This document shows positions 21,032 to 30,860 of a stretch of 64,000 nucleotides of DNA, piece after piece. The notes under the pieces were generated by a model, which did not search any database, was not told the DNA's origin, and worked only from the letters and a program-made list of their open reading frames with translations. The position numbers and the translations under genes were made by a program. Positions within the stretch are counted from its first letter, which is position 1; each line of letters starts with the position of its first letter. The stretch is from Methanomassiliicoccaceae archaeon (lineage in GTDB: Archaea > Thermoplasmatota > Thermoplasmata > Methanomassiliicoccales > Methanomassiliicoccaceae), in assembly GCA_963728405.1 (NCBI GenBank), contig CAVSJV010000017.1, positions 192,001 through 256,000 on the forward strand. Reading direction: 5' to 3'.

Positions 21032-21922
21032 ATGAGCGGAGCCAATAGCGATGCTGAGGAACGCAACGATGATCTCACGGTGATCGTCCCGACGTGGAAC
21101 TCGGCGACCCGGCTTGAAAGGGCCCTCGATTCGGTGGAACGGAACCTACGTCCGGAAAAAGTGGTCATCATCGACCGGGACTCGGAGGATTCCACCACGC
21201 AGATAGCCCAGCGCCATGGCGCGGAAGTGCTGACCGACACCACGTCGCTGGGCTCCGCCAGGATGAAGGGCGTCCGGGCCAGTGAAACGGAATGGGTGTG
21301 CTTCGTGGATGACGATATAAGTATCCCGGAGGGCTTCGCTTTGAACGTCAAGGATGCGGTGGCCGATGACGTGGGGGCGCTGCAGGGCGCAGTGATATCG
21401 GTCCATCATCCCCATCGAGAGATGCTCATCGATGAGTACGAACGGCGATTCTCCGGCCAGAGTACCTACGACCTCCGCCCGGGCGAGCGCGGATTGACCT
21501 CGGCGACCATAATCAAGAAGGACATCATAGAGGACCTCGAGCTCGCGGACATCAACGCCTGGGAGGACTGGCTGATCACCCAGAAGGTCATCGATTCGGG
21601 CCATCGATGGATAGTGACCAAGCCCTATGTCGACCACTTCCACGAGTATGAGGACCTGGCCCGGAAGGGCGGTTGGAACGCCGCCGGAGTACTGAATCTT
21701 GCCAAGACCGGCCGTATGCCCCGAATGCAGGCCCTGAGATGGTACCTCAACATTGCCCTGGAAGCGGGGCAGAACGCTCTTCGGCTGACGATCAGGTTCC
21801 GCGATCCCAGGCTCTTCTTCCTGCAAACCAGACTGCTAGCGAATATCCTCCTAGCTCCCCGCCACATCTTCGGCGTGGTGCCCCGGAGGCCCCGGACGGC
21901 CAGGTCGCGATCAGCCCGTTAA
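21032..21922 (+). CDS. Glycosyltransferase family 2
   Basis: VIVPTWNS, IIDRDSEDST, FVDDD. Confidence 0.85.
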   Translation: MSGANSDAEERNDDLTVIVPTWNSATRLERALDSVERNLRPEKVVIIDRDSEDSTTQIAQRHGAEVLTDTTSLGSARMKGVRASETEWVCFVDDDISIPEGFALNVKDAVADDVGALQGAVISVHHPHREMLIDEYERRFSGQSTYDLRPGERGLTSATIIKKDIIEDLELADINAWEDWLITQKVIDSGHRWIVTKPYVDHFHEYEDLARKGGWNAAGVLNLAKTGRMPRMQALRWYLNIALEAGQNALRLTIRFRDPRLFFLQTRLLANILLAPRHIFGVVPRRPRTARSRSAR

Positions 21923-23017
21923 CTTGTGGTACTCCCGTATCAGGCGAGAACGCATGTTGGGCCAGTTGTACTCCCTTTCCGCCGCCGTCCTCCCGGCCCT
22001 TCCCCATCTGCGGCGCTGTTCGGGGTCGCGGAAGGCCTCGATGGCCCGGCGGTAGTCCTCCTCGCTCCAGTCGATGACCAGCCCGCAGCCCACCCGGCTG
22101 ACCAGCTCGCCGCTGGTCGTCCCCTTCGATGTGAGCACGGGGATACCCACTGCCATTGCCTCGTAGATCTTGGTCGGCGAGTTGCCCACATAGTTCTGGT
22201 TGGCCGGATCCAGGAGGCACAGGACCACGTCGCAGGCGGCCATCTCCCTGAGCATGGCGGGATGTTGCAGGAATCCCAGGAACTGTACCCTGGTGCCGTC
22301 GACCTCCCTCCTGACCGCTCCCTCCAGACGGCCCCACCCCGCCACCTTGTACACGCAGCGGTCCATGGTCTTGGAGACCCGAATGGATTCCTCGATGTAG
22401 CGCATCGGCTCCAGTGTGCCGACATATAGTAGAACGAGGTCGCGCTCCCTGAACTCGGGGAGCCCCAGCTCGGTGGGGATATCGATGCAGTTCTCTACCA
22501 ACACCACTCCATTACGGGCGTTCGGCCGCATATGAGCGGCATGGACCTCACTGACGGTGATGACCAGGTCCGCCCTCCGGGTCAGAGCGCCCTCCAACCG
22601 CTCGACCAGATGGGGGGTCCATCCAGGAAGGTCGATGGCGATCATCTGGGCATAGTTCTCGTGAGCGTCGAACACCAGGGGAACACGCTTCAGCCAGGAA
22701 ATGAAGAACCCCAATGGCAGAGTATCGAAGTCGTGGCTGTGGACGATGTCGACCTTCCGGCGTGTCGCCGAGAGCAGACCTCGGAGGAAGAACAAGGGAT
22801 AGAAGAGGGCGAAGGAGAGCATGCTCCCCGCCCAGCCTGTCCTGATCCTCTCGATATTGACGCCCCGGTAGTCCGAGCGGTCGGGGAACTTGTTCTCACG
22901 GTCCCATCCCAACACCGTGACATCATAGCCTTCGGAAACGAGTGCCTCGGCCTCCTTGGCGACCCGCGGGTCAGGCCGGAAACCGTTGGTTACCAGCATC
23001 AGGACTTTCTTGCCCAT
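21911..23017 (-). CDS. Glycosyltransferase family 4
   Basis: DPRVAKEA, HSHD, YVGTL, PTKIYEAMAVGIPV. Confidence 0.9.
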   Translation of the reverse strand: MGKKVLMLVTNGFRPDPRVAKEAEALVSEGYDVTVLGWDRENKFPDRSDYRGVNIERIRTGWAGSMLSFALFYPLFFLRGLLSATRRKVDIVHSHDFDTLPLGFFISWLKRVPLVFDAHENYAQMIAIDLPGWTPHLVERLEGALTRRADLVITVSEVHAAHMRPNARNGVVLVENCIDIPTELGLPEFRERDLVLLYVGTLEPMRYIEESIRVSKTMDRCVYKVAGWGRLEGAVRREVDGTRVQFLGFLQHPAMLREMAACDVVLCLLDPANQNYVGNSPTKIYEAMAVGIPVLTSKGTTSGELVSRVGCGLVIDWSEEDYRRAIEAFRDPEQRRRWGRAGRTAAEREYNWPNMRSRLIREYHKLTG

Positions 23018-23018
23018 C

Positions 23019-23981
23019 CTACGGCTCCTTGGCGACGTCCACGACGCGGCCTTCCGCCATTGACCGTTTGGCCGCCTCGATCATCTCCACCGTACGGACC
23101 CCGATCATGCCGGAGTTCCTTGTCTCAGTTAGAGGGTCGCCGATGGACTGCAGGAAGTGGACCAGTTCGGTCTGGATGGTATTATTGCGCTCGATCCCGA
23201 GCTTGTAGGTATAGCCGCTCTCATAGACCACTACCTCCTGACTGACCGCGTCGATGAGCGCGGAGCGGTTCTCACCAATGATCTCTATCTGCCGGACCTT
23301 GCGGGGCGCCAACCAGGAGATGGTGGTGTGGGAGATGGCCCCAGACGGCATCTCCGCACTGATGTAGGCGGCCTCCTCCATCTCCTTGCGGCGGTAGGCA
23401 TTCCCGGTGCAGGAGATCTTGATCGGCCAGGCATCGAAGATGAAGTTGGTGATGTCGAAGGTGTGCGGAGCGAGATCAACGATGACGTCGCGGTCCGGGT
23501 AGGCTGGCTCGAGGTTCATCCATACCAGCTGCATCAGGAACGGCCGGCCGAAGAAGTTGGACCTCATCAACCTGCGCACCTCGTTCATGGCGTTGTTGAA
23601 GCGATAGATATGACCGACCGACAGGGTGAGATTTCTCTCCTCGGCCAAGTCGACCAGGACCTTGCCCTCCTTGGAATCGAGGGCAATGGGCTTCTCCACT
23701 AGAACGTGCTTGCCAGCTTCCAATGCATCCTTGGTCGCCTGGAAATGCAGGCTGTTGGGCAGGCAGACATTGACCGCCACGATCGAGTCGTCCTCCAGCA
23801 CTTCACGATAGTCATGATGAAGGTTCTGTACCCCAAAGCGATCATGGCAGAACTCCAGGTTCTTGTCGAACTGGTCGGAGACGGCCTTGACCTTGACCCC
23901 TGGGATATGGCTATACTCGTCCACGATCTTCTTGCCCCAGTACCCTACTCCCAGGACGGCCACGTCGAAGCGCCTCATCAT
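23019..23981 (-). CDS. Gfo/Idh/MocA oxidoreductase (WbpB/WlbA-like)
   Basis: GVGYWG, GKHVLVEKP, GHIYRFN, DLAPH. Confidence 0.9.
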   Translation of the reverse strand: MMRRFDVAVLGVGYWGKKIVDEYSHIPGVKVKAVSDQFDKNLEFCHDRFGVQNLHHDYREVLEDDSIVAVNVCLPNSLHFQATKDALEAGKHVLVEKPIALDSKEGKVLVDLAEERNLTLSVGHIYRFNNAMNEVRRLMRSNFFGRPFLMQLVWMNLEPAYPDRDVIVDLAPHTFDITNFIFDAWPIKISCTGNAYRRKEMEEAAYISAEMPSGAISHTTISWLAPRKVRQIEIIGENRSALIDAVSQEVVVYESGYTYKLGIERNNTIQTELVHFLQSIGDPLTETRNSGMIGVRTVEMIEAAKRSMAEGRVVDVAKEP

Positions 23982-25069
23982 GCACCCCCTAGGTGTTCGC
24001 GTATCTGCTCGCAGATATAGTCGACCTCTTCGTCCTTCAGCGAGGGGAAGATCGGCAGGGAGAGCAGCCGGTTGGACAGGGCCTCGCTTTCCGGATAGGA
24101 ACCTGGACCAAAGCCGAAGGCGTCCTTATAGACGGGTTGCAGATGGATCGGCACGGGATAGTGGACCGCGGTGTCCACGCCCTTGGAACCCAAGTATCGG
24201 GCGAGGCCGTCACGGTCGTCGGCCTGGATGACGAAGAGGTGGAACACCGGGACGATGTCCTTGGTCCCGAGAGGCGGCAGCACGACCTCCGGGAGGTCCT
24301 TGAGCTTCTCCGAGTAACGGCGTGCGATGGCCCTCCTCCGCTCGTTCCAGGCGTCGAGATATCTCAGCTGCACCCGGCCGAACGCGGCATTGCTGGTGTT
24401 GAGCCGAGAGGTGAAGCCAAAGACGTCATGGACGTAGCGGGAGATGCGACCACAGTCCCGGAGCTTTCTCAGGTCATCGGCCAGCCTCTTGTCGTTGGTG
24501 GTGATCATACCGCCGTCGCCGCCTACGGTCATGTTCTTGGTCGAATAGAACGAGAAGCAGCCCGCATCCCCGATCGAGCCGGCCCTCTTTCCCTTGTAGA
24601 CCGCCCCATGGGCCTGGCAGGCGTCCTCGATGATCTTGACCTTATCGCCGGCGGCCTCCCTGATCTCGTCCATCGGGGCCGGGTTGCCGAAGAGGTGCAC
24701 CGGCATGACCGCTGCGGTGTTCTTGTTGGGCATGACCTCCCGGGGATCTAGATCGTAATCTTTGCGCGATGAATCGGCAAAGATGGGGGTTGCTCCGGCA
24801 TGCACGATGGCATTGGCGGTGGCAATAAAGGACAACGGCGTGGTGATGACCTCCCGACCACGGACGTTCAAGGCCATCAGGGTCAGGATCAGGGCGTCCG
24901 TCCCGGACGATACGGCGATCGCTTGCTCGGTACCAGTGTAACGGGCGAACTCTTCCTCGAATTTGAAAACACTCTCGCCGAGTACCATCCGCTCATTGCG
25001 CAGGGCATCGGTCATGGCCTCCAACATCTCGTTGGTGACCATCGGTCGGGCTAATGGAATCTTGTTCAT
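23978..25069 (-). CDS. DegT/DnrJ/EryC1/StrS sugar aminotransferase (WbpE-like)
   Basis: SSGTDAL, IIEDACQAHGA, FSFYSTKN...GDGG. Confidence 0.93.
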   Translation of the reverse strand: MNKIPLARPMVTNEMLEAMTDALRNERMVLGESVFKFEEEFARYTGTEQAIAVSSGTDALILTLMALNVRGREVITTPLSFIATANAIVHAGATPIFADSSRKDYDLDPREVMPNKNTAAVMPVHLFGNPAPMDEIREAAGDKVKIIEDACQAHGAVYKGKRAGSIGDAGCFSFYSTKNMTVGGDGGMITTNDKRLADDLRKLRDCGRISRYVHDVFGFTSRLNTSNAAFGRVQLRYLDAWNERRRAIARRYSEKLKDLPEVVLPPLGTKDIVPVFHLFVIQADDRDGLARYLGSKGVDTAVHYPVPIHLQPVYKDAFGFGPGSYPESEALSNRLLSLPIFPSLKDEEVDYICEQIREHLGGA

Positions 25070-25073
25070 TCGC

Positions 25074-25544
25074 TCACTTCCTCCGGATCTCCCGGGCCGG
25101 GTTGCCTACGACCGTCGCCCCGGAGGGCACATCCCGGGTCACCACCGCTCCGGCGCCGACCAGAGCGTTCTCCCCGATGGTGATGCCGCACACGATGACC
25201 GCTCCGGCGCCGATCGACGCACCTTTCTTGACCGTGGTGGGGACGATCTCCCAGCCTCCCGTCGCCTTGGGATAAAGATCGTTGGTGAAGACCACGTGGG
25301 GTCCGATGAACACCTCATCTTCGATAGTAACCCCGGTGGGTATGAAAGCAAAGGCCTCGACCTTACACCGATCGCCGATCCTGACTCCCCTCTGGACCTC
25401 GACATAGGCGGCGATCTTGCACTCGACCCCGATCTTACAGCCGTAGAGGTTCACGAAGTCTCGGACGACGGTGCCCTCCCCGATCTCGCAATTATCGATG
25501 GAGTAAAAATTAGCCAAGAGCTTCATTTCGGGCTTGCGAAGCAT
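25074..25544 (-). CDS. Hexapeptide-repeat N-acetyltransferase (WbpD-like)
   Basis: FIGPHVVFTND.YP, GASIGAGA, VGAGAVVTRDVP..VGNPAR. Confidence 0.9.
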   Translation of the reverse strand: MLRKPEMKLLANFYSIDNCEIGEGTVVRDFVNLYGCKIGVECKIAAYVEVQRGVRIGDRCKVEAFAFIPTGVTIEDEVFIGPHVVFTNDLYPKATGGWEIVPTTVKKGASIGAGAVIVCGITIGENALVGAGAVVTRDVPSGATVVGNPAREIRRK

Positions 25545-25776
25545 CTACTGGGCCATAAATATTTGGTGCTCTCTGGCATCGACGCCAACCTATCTGGAAC
25601 GCTGACAGAAGAATAAGGAGCGGCCCGATGGCCGGCCATTGCTCCTTTTTCTCCATGCACCCATAGGTGGATTCGGACGTTCTGAACTTCTTGGACAGTG
25701 GGATCTACCCCGCCCATGAGGGCAGGCCCCCATCCTGACATTCGTCACGATAATACCCCGGAAAAAGGTTCCCCGC

Positions 25777-26316
25777 CTACCATCTGAGATAGCATCGTCT
25801 CCGATGAAAACGGCCTGACCCGCCCTCTTGCGATTGTCCTGAGGTGCGCTTTTGCCGGCATTCCTCCATCAGCCGGAGGACCTCGTCCTTGGGCCGTTCC
25901 CATGACGCTATCCCTCCCTCCACGACCTTGATGCTAGGGTGGGGGGAGGCCTGCTCGAACGACGGAAGGCAGGACAGGAAGCCTCTGTTCCTTCCTTCCA
26001 GCTTGAAGCGCAGCAGGGCTAGTTCGTACTCGATCTGGCCGCTGGGCACCTCCATGGGATTACTTCCGGTGTGCTCACTTATCCTGCTTCGAGCGTAGCG
26101 ATAGCCGCGCCTTTGCCCTTCCGCCCATACCCCCAGCAGATAATCGTGGATCGCCCCCCACGGGTCGGCCTGTTCCAACACCCTTCTGGCCTGGGGATGA
26201 TTGCGATAGGCAACGGTGCGCCCCTCGATCACCCGCTGGGCCAGCAACGCCTCGCGCCACAGGCCGCCCAGTCCGGGGGGGTCGAGGTAACAGGGATGGA
26301 TGCTCCAGAGCCGCAC
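25777..26316 (-). CDS. Pyrimidine-dimer DNA glycosylase/endonuclease V family protein
   Basis: (M)RLWSIHP.YLD..GL..LWREALLAQ.V..G.T..Y.NHPQ; GTG start at 26316. Confidence 0.82.
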   Translation of the reverse strand: MRLWSIHPCYLDPPGLGGLWREALLAQRVIEGRTVAYRNHPQARRVLEQADPWGAIHDYLLGVWAEGQRRGYRYARSRISEHTGSNPMEVPSGQIEYELALLRFKLEGRNRGFLSCLPSFEQASPHPSIKVVEGGIASWERPKDEVLRLMEECRQKRTSGQSQEGGSGRFHRRRCYLRW

Positions 26317-26397
26317 GATGCCCCATTGGATCACCAATGGATAGTCCTGCTCCCGACATATCGTTTTATCTAATGGATATCATACCAGGGACCTGCT

Positions 26398-27213
26398 ATG
26401 TTAGTGAGCGTGGTCCTGAACGTCATGAACGAGGAACAGCATATCGCCGACCTCCTCGACAGTTTGGTCATCCAGGAACAGCCGGTAGAGATCATCGTGG
26501 TCGACGCCGCCTCGAAGGACCGCACCCAGGATATCGTCAGAAGGTACACCAAGCGGTATCCGTTCATCAAGATGTTCATCAAGCCCGGCACCCGCGGGGT
26601 AAGCACTAACTTCGGCATCTCCAAGGCAACCGGGGAGATCATCGCTTTCACCGGCGGGGATGATCTGGCCAATCCGAACTGGATCAAGGAGCTTCGCCGC
26701 ACCTTCAAGGAGGGGGCAGACATCGTGGCCGGCCGCTCCATAATGATCGGGCTGAAGGCCTGGGAGGACCTGGACCGGGTGGAGCTTTACCATAAGGGGT
26801 TCGACATCTCGTTCCCCTCGGCCAACATGGCCTTCCGCCGGAAGGTCCTGCAGAAGGTCGCGGGGTTCGACCCGTGGTTTATCACCGCCGAAGATATCGA
26901 TCTGAACTACCGGGCGGTGGATGCCGGTTACCACATCACCTATAATCCAGATGCCATCATCTATCGGAGGACCAAGTCCACCGTCTACGGATTCTTCAAG
27001 CAGGCCTTCTGGAATGGCGCGGGAAGGAAGCAGCTCACTCTCAAGCACGGAAACCTGTGGGGCAAGTACGACCCGCTCCGCATGTTCAAGCAAAAGATGA
27101 CTTTCTGGGCACTCACCCGCCTCTTCGTGGCCCTTCTGGGATACGTCGGCTTCAAGCTTTTCGACGACAGGGGGGCTTATGGCAAGAAAGGCGAGACTCC
27201 TCCCACCAAGTAA
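26398..27213 (+). CDS. Glycosyltransferase family 2
   Basis: IIVVDAASKDRT, ANMAFRR, GFD...AEDIDL; DxD replaced by GGD. Confidence 0.85.
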   Translation: MLVSVVLNVMNEEQHIADLLDSLVIQEQPVEIIVVDAASKDRTQDIVRRYTKRYPFIKMFIKPGTRGVSTNFGISKATGEIIAFTGGDDLANPNWIKELRRTFKEGADIVAGRSIMIGLKAWEDLDRVELYHKGFDISFPSANMAFRRKVLQKVAGFDPWFITAEDIDLNYRAVDAGYHITYNPDAIIYRRTKSTVYGFFKQAFWNGAGRKQLTLKHGNLWGKYDPLRMFKQKMTFWALTRLFVALLGYVGFKLFDDRGAYGKKGETPPTK

Positions 27214-27239
27214 ACCCTCCTCGTCGACGGCATCAGACC

Positions 27240-27497
27240 TCAGTCCCCTGGCGGTACGGTCTTAGCAGGGAGCATGGACCTTTCTTTCACAGCACCTTCG
27301 GACAGCTGGGTCAAAAATTCAGTCACCAGGGCAAGGATGATTGGTACGGCGATGACCATGGCCAGCGATCTCTTGTACGATAGCCTGCTGATGACATATT
27401 CAACGAGGGCGAAGACCACAATTGCCGGGAGGTGGGGGGCGACCTTGCGGATCACGTTCTTAGTAATGCTTACGACATCTTCCGTCCTCATGTCCAA
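27240..27497 (-). CDS. Small membrane protein, hypothetical
   Basis: Two hydrophobic segments, fills intergenic gap. Confidence 0.5.
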   Translation of the reverse strand: MDMRTEDVVSITKNVIRKVAPHLPAIVVFALVEYVISRLSYKRSLAMVIAVPIILALVTEFLTQLSEGAVKERSMLPAKTVPPGD

Positions 27498-27579
27498 TGC
27501 TTGAGCGGCGGCAATATATCATCGTTTCTGGCCTGCAACAGATTATAGTACACCCATTCCTTTTAGCCTATGATCTGCT

Positions 27580-28278
27580 TTGAAGCTGAGCGTCATCATC
27601 CCCACCCTCAACGAAGAGGAATGCATCGGCCAGGTCATCGACGAGGTCCATGCCGCCCTTAAGGGCAAGGGGCTCGACTACGAGATCATGGTGGTTGACG
27701 GCCGTTCCAAGGATCGCACCAGGGACATCGCCCGGAAGAAGGGCGCAGTGGTCGTGGAAGAGCCTCGCAAAGGCTACGGGCGGGCGTACAAGACCGGCTT
27801 CGAAAAGGCTCGCGGGGACGTCATCGCCACGATGGACGGTGACTGCACTTATCCTGCAGATATGATCGTGCCTCTTGTGGAGAAGCTTAAGGAAGAGAAC
27901 CTGGAGTTCATCACCACCGACCGTTTCGGGCACATGGAGGAGGGAGCCATGAGCACCATGCACAAGATCGGCAATCTGGGCCTCTCGTTCACCACCAGGC
28001 TACTGTTCGGACGAATAATACGAGACTCCCAGAGCGGCATGTGGGTGTTCCGACGGAAAGCGCTCAAGAAGATCAACGTCCAGGACGACGGCATGCCCTT
28101 TTCCGAGGAGATCAAGATCGAGGCTTTCCGTAAACTTCGCTCCAAGGAAGTGATGATTTCCTACCGTCGCAGGGTCGGCGAGGTAAAGCTATCCTCCTGG
28201 AAGGACGGCTGGAAGAACTTCAAGTTCCTATGGGTTAAGCGTTTCCTCAGCCCTCGAGATAAGTCTTTGCGATCCTGA
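27580..28278 (+). CDS. Glycosyltransferase family 2 (polyprenol-phosphate glycosyltransferase, DPM1-like)
   Basis: IIPTLNEE, VVDGRSKD, GYGRAY..G, MDGDCTYP, DSQSGM. Confidence 0.9.
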   Translation: MKLSVIIPTLNEEECIGQVIDEVHAALKGKGLDYEIMVVDGRSKDRTRDIARKKGAVVVEEPRKGYGRAYKTGFEKARGDVIATMDGDCTYPADMIVPLVEKLKEENLEFITTDRFGHMEEGAMSTMHKIGNLGLSFTTRLLFGRIIRDSQSGMWVFRRKALKKINVQDDGMPFSEEIKIEAFRKLRSKEVMISYRRRVGEVKLSSWKDGWKNFKFLWVKRFLSPRDKSLRS

Positions 28279-28780
28279 TCGTCTCACGCAAACTATCCTT
28301 GACCTTCGGATTATAGAAACTGGCAGCCGGATGGTACGCCGGGATGAGATCGATCTCCCGGCCCCCTATCTTGACCTTCAAGGGCTTGTTGACCTCGTCC
28401 TTCATGCTCACATCCCGCTTCAGCAGGTCCTTGGCCGCTGACCGGCCCAGGGTGATGATGACCTTCCGACCCTCCAGTTCATATTCCAGGCAGGGATAGC
28501 AAGCATCCATTTCCTCCTGCTTGGGCGGACGGTTGTTGGGCGGCCGGCACTTGACGGTGTTGGTGATGAATACGGTATCACGGGGTAGCCCTTCCTCCTC
28601 CAGCAGCTTGTTCAACACCCGGCCGGACGAGCCGACGAACGGTTTTCCGGCCGCATCCTCCTTGGCGCCGGGAGCCTCTCCAACGAATGCTACCGGTGAG
28701 GATGGGTCGCCGTCGGGCAGGACCACATTGGCCCGACCTTCGCATAACCCGCAGCGCTGGCAGTCCTTGTCCGGCCTCAT
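28247..28780 (-). CDS. udg: Uracil-DNA glycosylase family 4
   Basis: CQRCGLC Fe-S motif, VGEAPG..ED..G.PFVG, VKCRPPNNR.P, YHPA. Confidence 0.92.
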   Translation of the reverse strand: MRPDKDCQRCGLCEGRANVVLPDGDPSSPVAFVGEAPGAKEDAAGKPFVGSSGRVLNKLLEEEGLPRDTVFITNTVKCRPPNNRPPKQEEMDACYPCLEYELEGRKVIITLGRSAAKDLLKRDVSMKDEVNKPLKVKIGGREIDLIPAYHPAASFYNPKVKDSLRETIRIAKTYLEG

Positions 28781-29307
28781 TTTCGCAGGATCTCTTCGGC
28801 CGTGACCAGGGAGGATAGTTTGACACCCATGTCGCTCAACCTCTTCTCTCCGCCTTCCTGGCGGTTGACCACACACAACACGTTGGTGACGGTGCCACCG
28901 GCGGCGCGCACGATCTCGATGGCGTCGACGACCGAGCCAGCAGATGTGATGACGTCCTCGACCATCAGGACCGTCTCCCCGCTCCCCAGGGCGCCTTCTA
29001 TCATCTTCTGAGTACCGTGGTCCTTCTTCTCCTTACGGACCATGATATAGGGGATCTTGGTGCGGAGAGAGAGCGCCACAGCCAGGGGGATCGACCCCAG
29101 GACCACACCGGCGATCTTGTCAACATTAAGGGCGCGCATCTGGATCTCCCTAGCCATCTCGTCCGCTATGACCTCTAGCACATAGGGGTCGGTGCTCGCC
29201 TTCTTGATGTCGATGTAATACGGGCTCTTCTTGCCCGATGCCAGCGTGAAATCACCATACATCAGGGCGTTGCAGCGCACCAGCGCTTCTTTGATCCTTG
29301 CGTTCAA
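28777..29307 (-). CDS. pyrE: Orotate phosphoribosyltransferase
   Basis: GDFTLASGKKSPYYID, RKEKKDHG, VEDVITSAGS; likely TTG start just after carS stop. Confidence 0.93.
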   Translation of the reverse strand: MNARIKEALVRCNALMYGDFTLASGKKSPYYIDIKKASTDPYVLEVIADEMAREIQMRALNVDKIAGVVLGSIPLAVALSLRTKIPYIMVRKEKKDHGTQKMIEGALGSGETVLMVEDVITSAGSVVDAIEIVRAAGGTVTNVLCVVNRQEGGEKRLSDMGVKLSSLVTAEEILRK

Positions 29308-29308
29308 A

Positions 29309-29872
29309 TCACCACGGCTCCTTCTTCTTTCCGAGCTTAAATCCAATTATATTGACCACACGGTGCAGGATGGGGACGAACAGCAGTAGGGCAATTAGCG
29401 CCACGATGCTCTCCCCGTTGATGTAATGAGCGGTAAACCAGGCGGGGTAGAAGAGGGCGGTCAATCCCAGCCCCCCGACCACGAAGTCATACTGGTCCAG
29501 CAGTGGCGCCTTGTGCCCCCGCTCCATGCCGAGCCGGCGCTTGATGAACGCCCCCGTCATATCTCCCAGAAGGGAACCGAGCGCCATGACGAACACCAGA
29601 CCGACCCCTTGGGCCAGTTCCCCATACCTCCATAAGTCGGCAGAACCCAGGGCGTCGGTCGCCAAGATCATTCCGACGCCCAGAGCGGTGCCTGACGCTA
29701 CCCCGCCGACCAGGCCTCTCCAGGTCTTGCCATCGCCAAGGATGCGCTTTCCTTTCCAGGTACGGCCGAAATCGACCGGGGTGCCGCCCCCGAACAGCAC
29801 CGCCGCTGAATTGGGCAGCAACGCAGGAAGGAATAGGACGATCCCGCTGATAGCGACCAGCCACAGGTCCAT
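29309..29872 (-). CDS. carS: CDP-archaeol synthase
   Basis: GGGTPVDFG, RILGDGKTWRG, GD..GAFIKRRLG..RG..P.LDQ.DF, KKEPW. Confidence 0.92.
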   Translation of the reverse strand: MDLWLVAISGIVLFLPALLPNSAAVLFGGGTPVDFGRTWKGKRILGDGKTWRGLVGGVASGTALGVGMILATDALGSADLWRYGELAQGVGLVFVMALGSLLGDMTGAFIKRRLGMERGHKAPLLDQYDFVVGGLGLTALFYPAWFTAHYINGESIVALIALLLFVPILHRVVNIIGFKLGKKKEPW

Positions 29873-30142
29873 GAAGGCGGGATTGCTCACCGTGTAGATT
29901 ACACTTTTTCCCCTTAGGGGCTTTCCCGGCGCCGCCTCAGCTGGCGACGAAGAGGCAAATTCACGGCGGGGGGCCAGCGCCCATAGGACACGAGTTCGGT
30001 AGGAAGCGTGCATCGACCGATGGGTGAAAAAAGGCCCCTCCGGCACTTGGGACGAGGGACGGATGGAGGCCGCTACCGGTGGGGCCGGTGCATCCCGAAA
30101 TGTCCCAGGCCCCCTTCAGCGGCAAGGGTGAGAGAGCGTGGC

Positions 30143-30777
30143 TCACTCCGGCGCGCTGCCATCGGCCTTGGTCTTGTCCTCGGCCTTGACCACCTTGAAC
30201 AGCGGGACCACGGCCCGGCCCAGGGCCTCGTTGAGCACCTGGGCCATGGCCAGGTACACCGCGAACGCTCCCGCCAGTATGCCGACGTAACCAGCGAGCA
30301 CCTTGAGGTCCCCGGACGCGAAGGCCTCAGCACCGGCCAGTAGGAGGAGGACCACGGTCAACGCCACGAAGATCGGTCTGGAACACCCGGTTCGTGCCGA
30401 TCGTGCCAACGGTCAGGTATGCGGAGAACACGCCCCACAGGAAGAACAGCCAGGCCATGGCCTGGGGGGTTTCGGCGGAAGCGTACCCGATCTTGGGAGC
30501 GAGGAGGATGGCGACCATGATGATCCAGAAGAAGCCGAACGACGCGAACACGGTCGTCCCGAAGGTGTTGCCCTTCTTCCATTCCATGAGGCCCGGCGGT
30601 GAGCTGGGCGATACCTCCGAAGAAGATGCCCATGGCCAATATGGCCGCTCCCAAGGGTATGTATCCGGCGTTGTGCAGGCTCAGCAGAATGGTGGTCATC
30701 CCAAACCCCATCAGTCCGAGGGGGGCGGGATTGGCGGAACGGTCCTTGATCATCGTTTCGATTTCTCTCGCGGTCAT
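30143..30777 (-). CDS. satP: GPR1/FUN34/YaaH (SatP) acetate channel, frameshifts near 30594 and 30375
   Basis: [34 protein letters not shown] across three frames. Confidence 0.87.
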
Positions 30778-30860
30778 TTTGTTCGGACCATCAATTTTAT
30801 GTTGATATAAAAGCGAATCTGTCCTCAGAGAACATATCGGATCTTGGACAACGAATCCCA

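Noticed and set aside
29880-30140. GC-rich gap as SRP RNA, RNase P RNA or tRNA
   Set aside because: No SRP helix-8, RNase P or tRNA T-loop signatures recognised; only weak stems.
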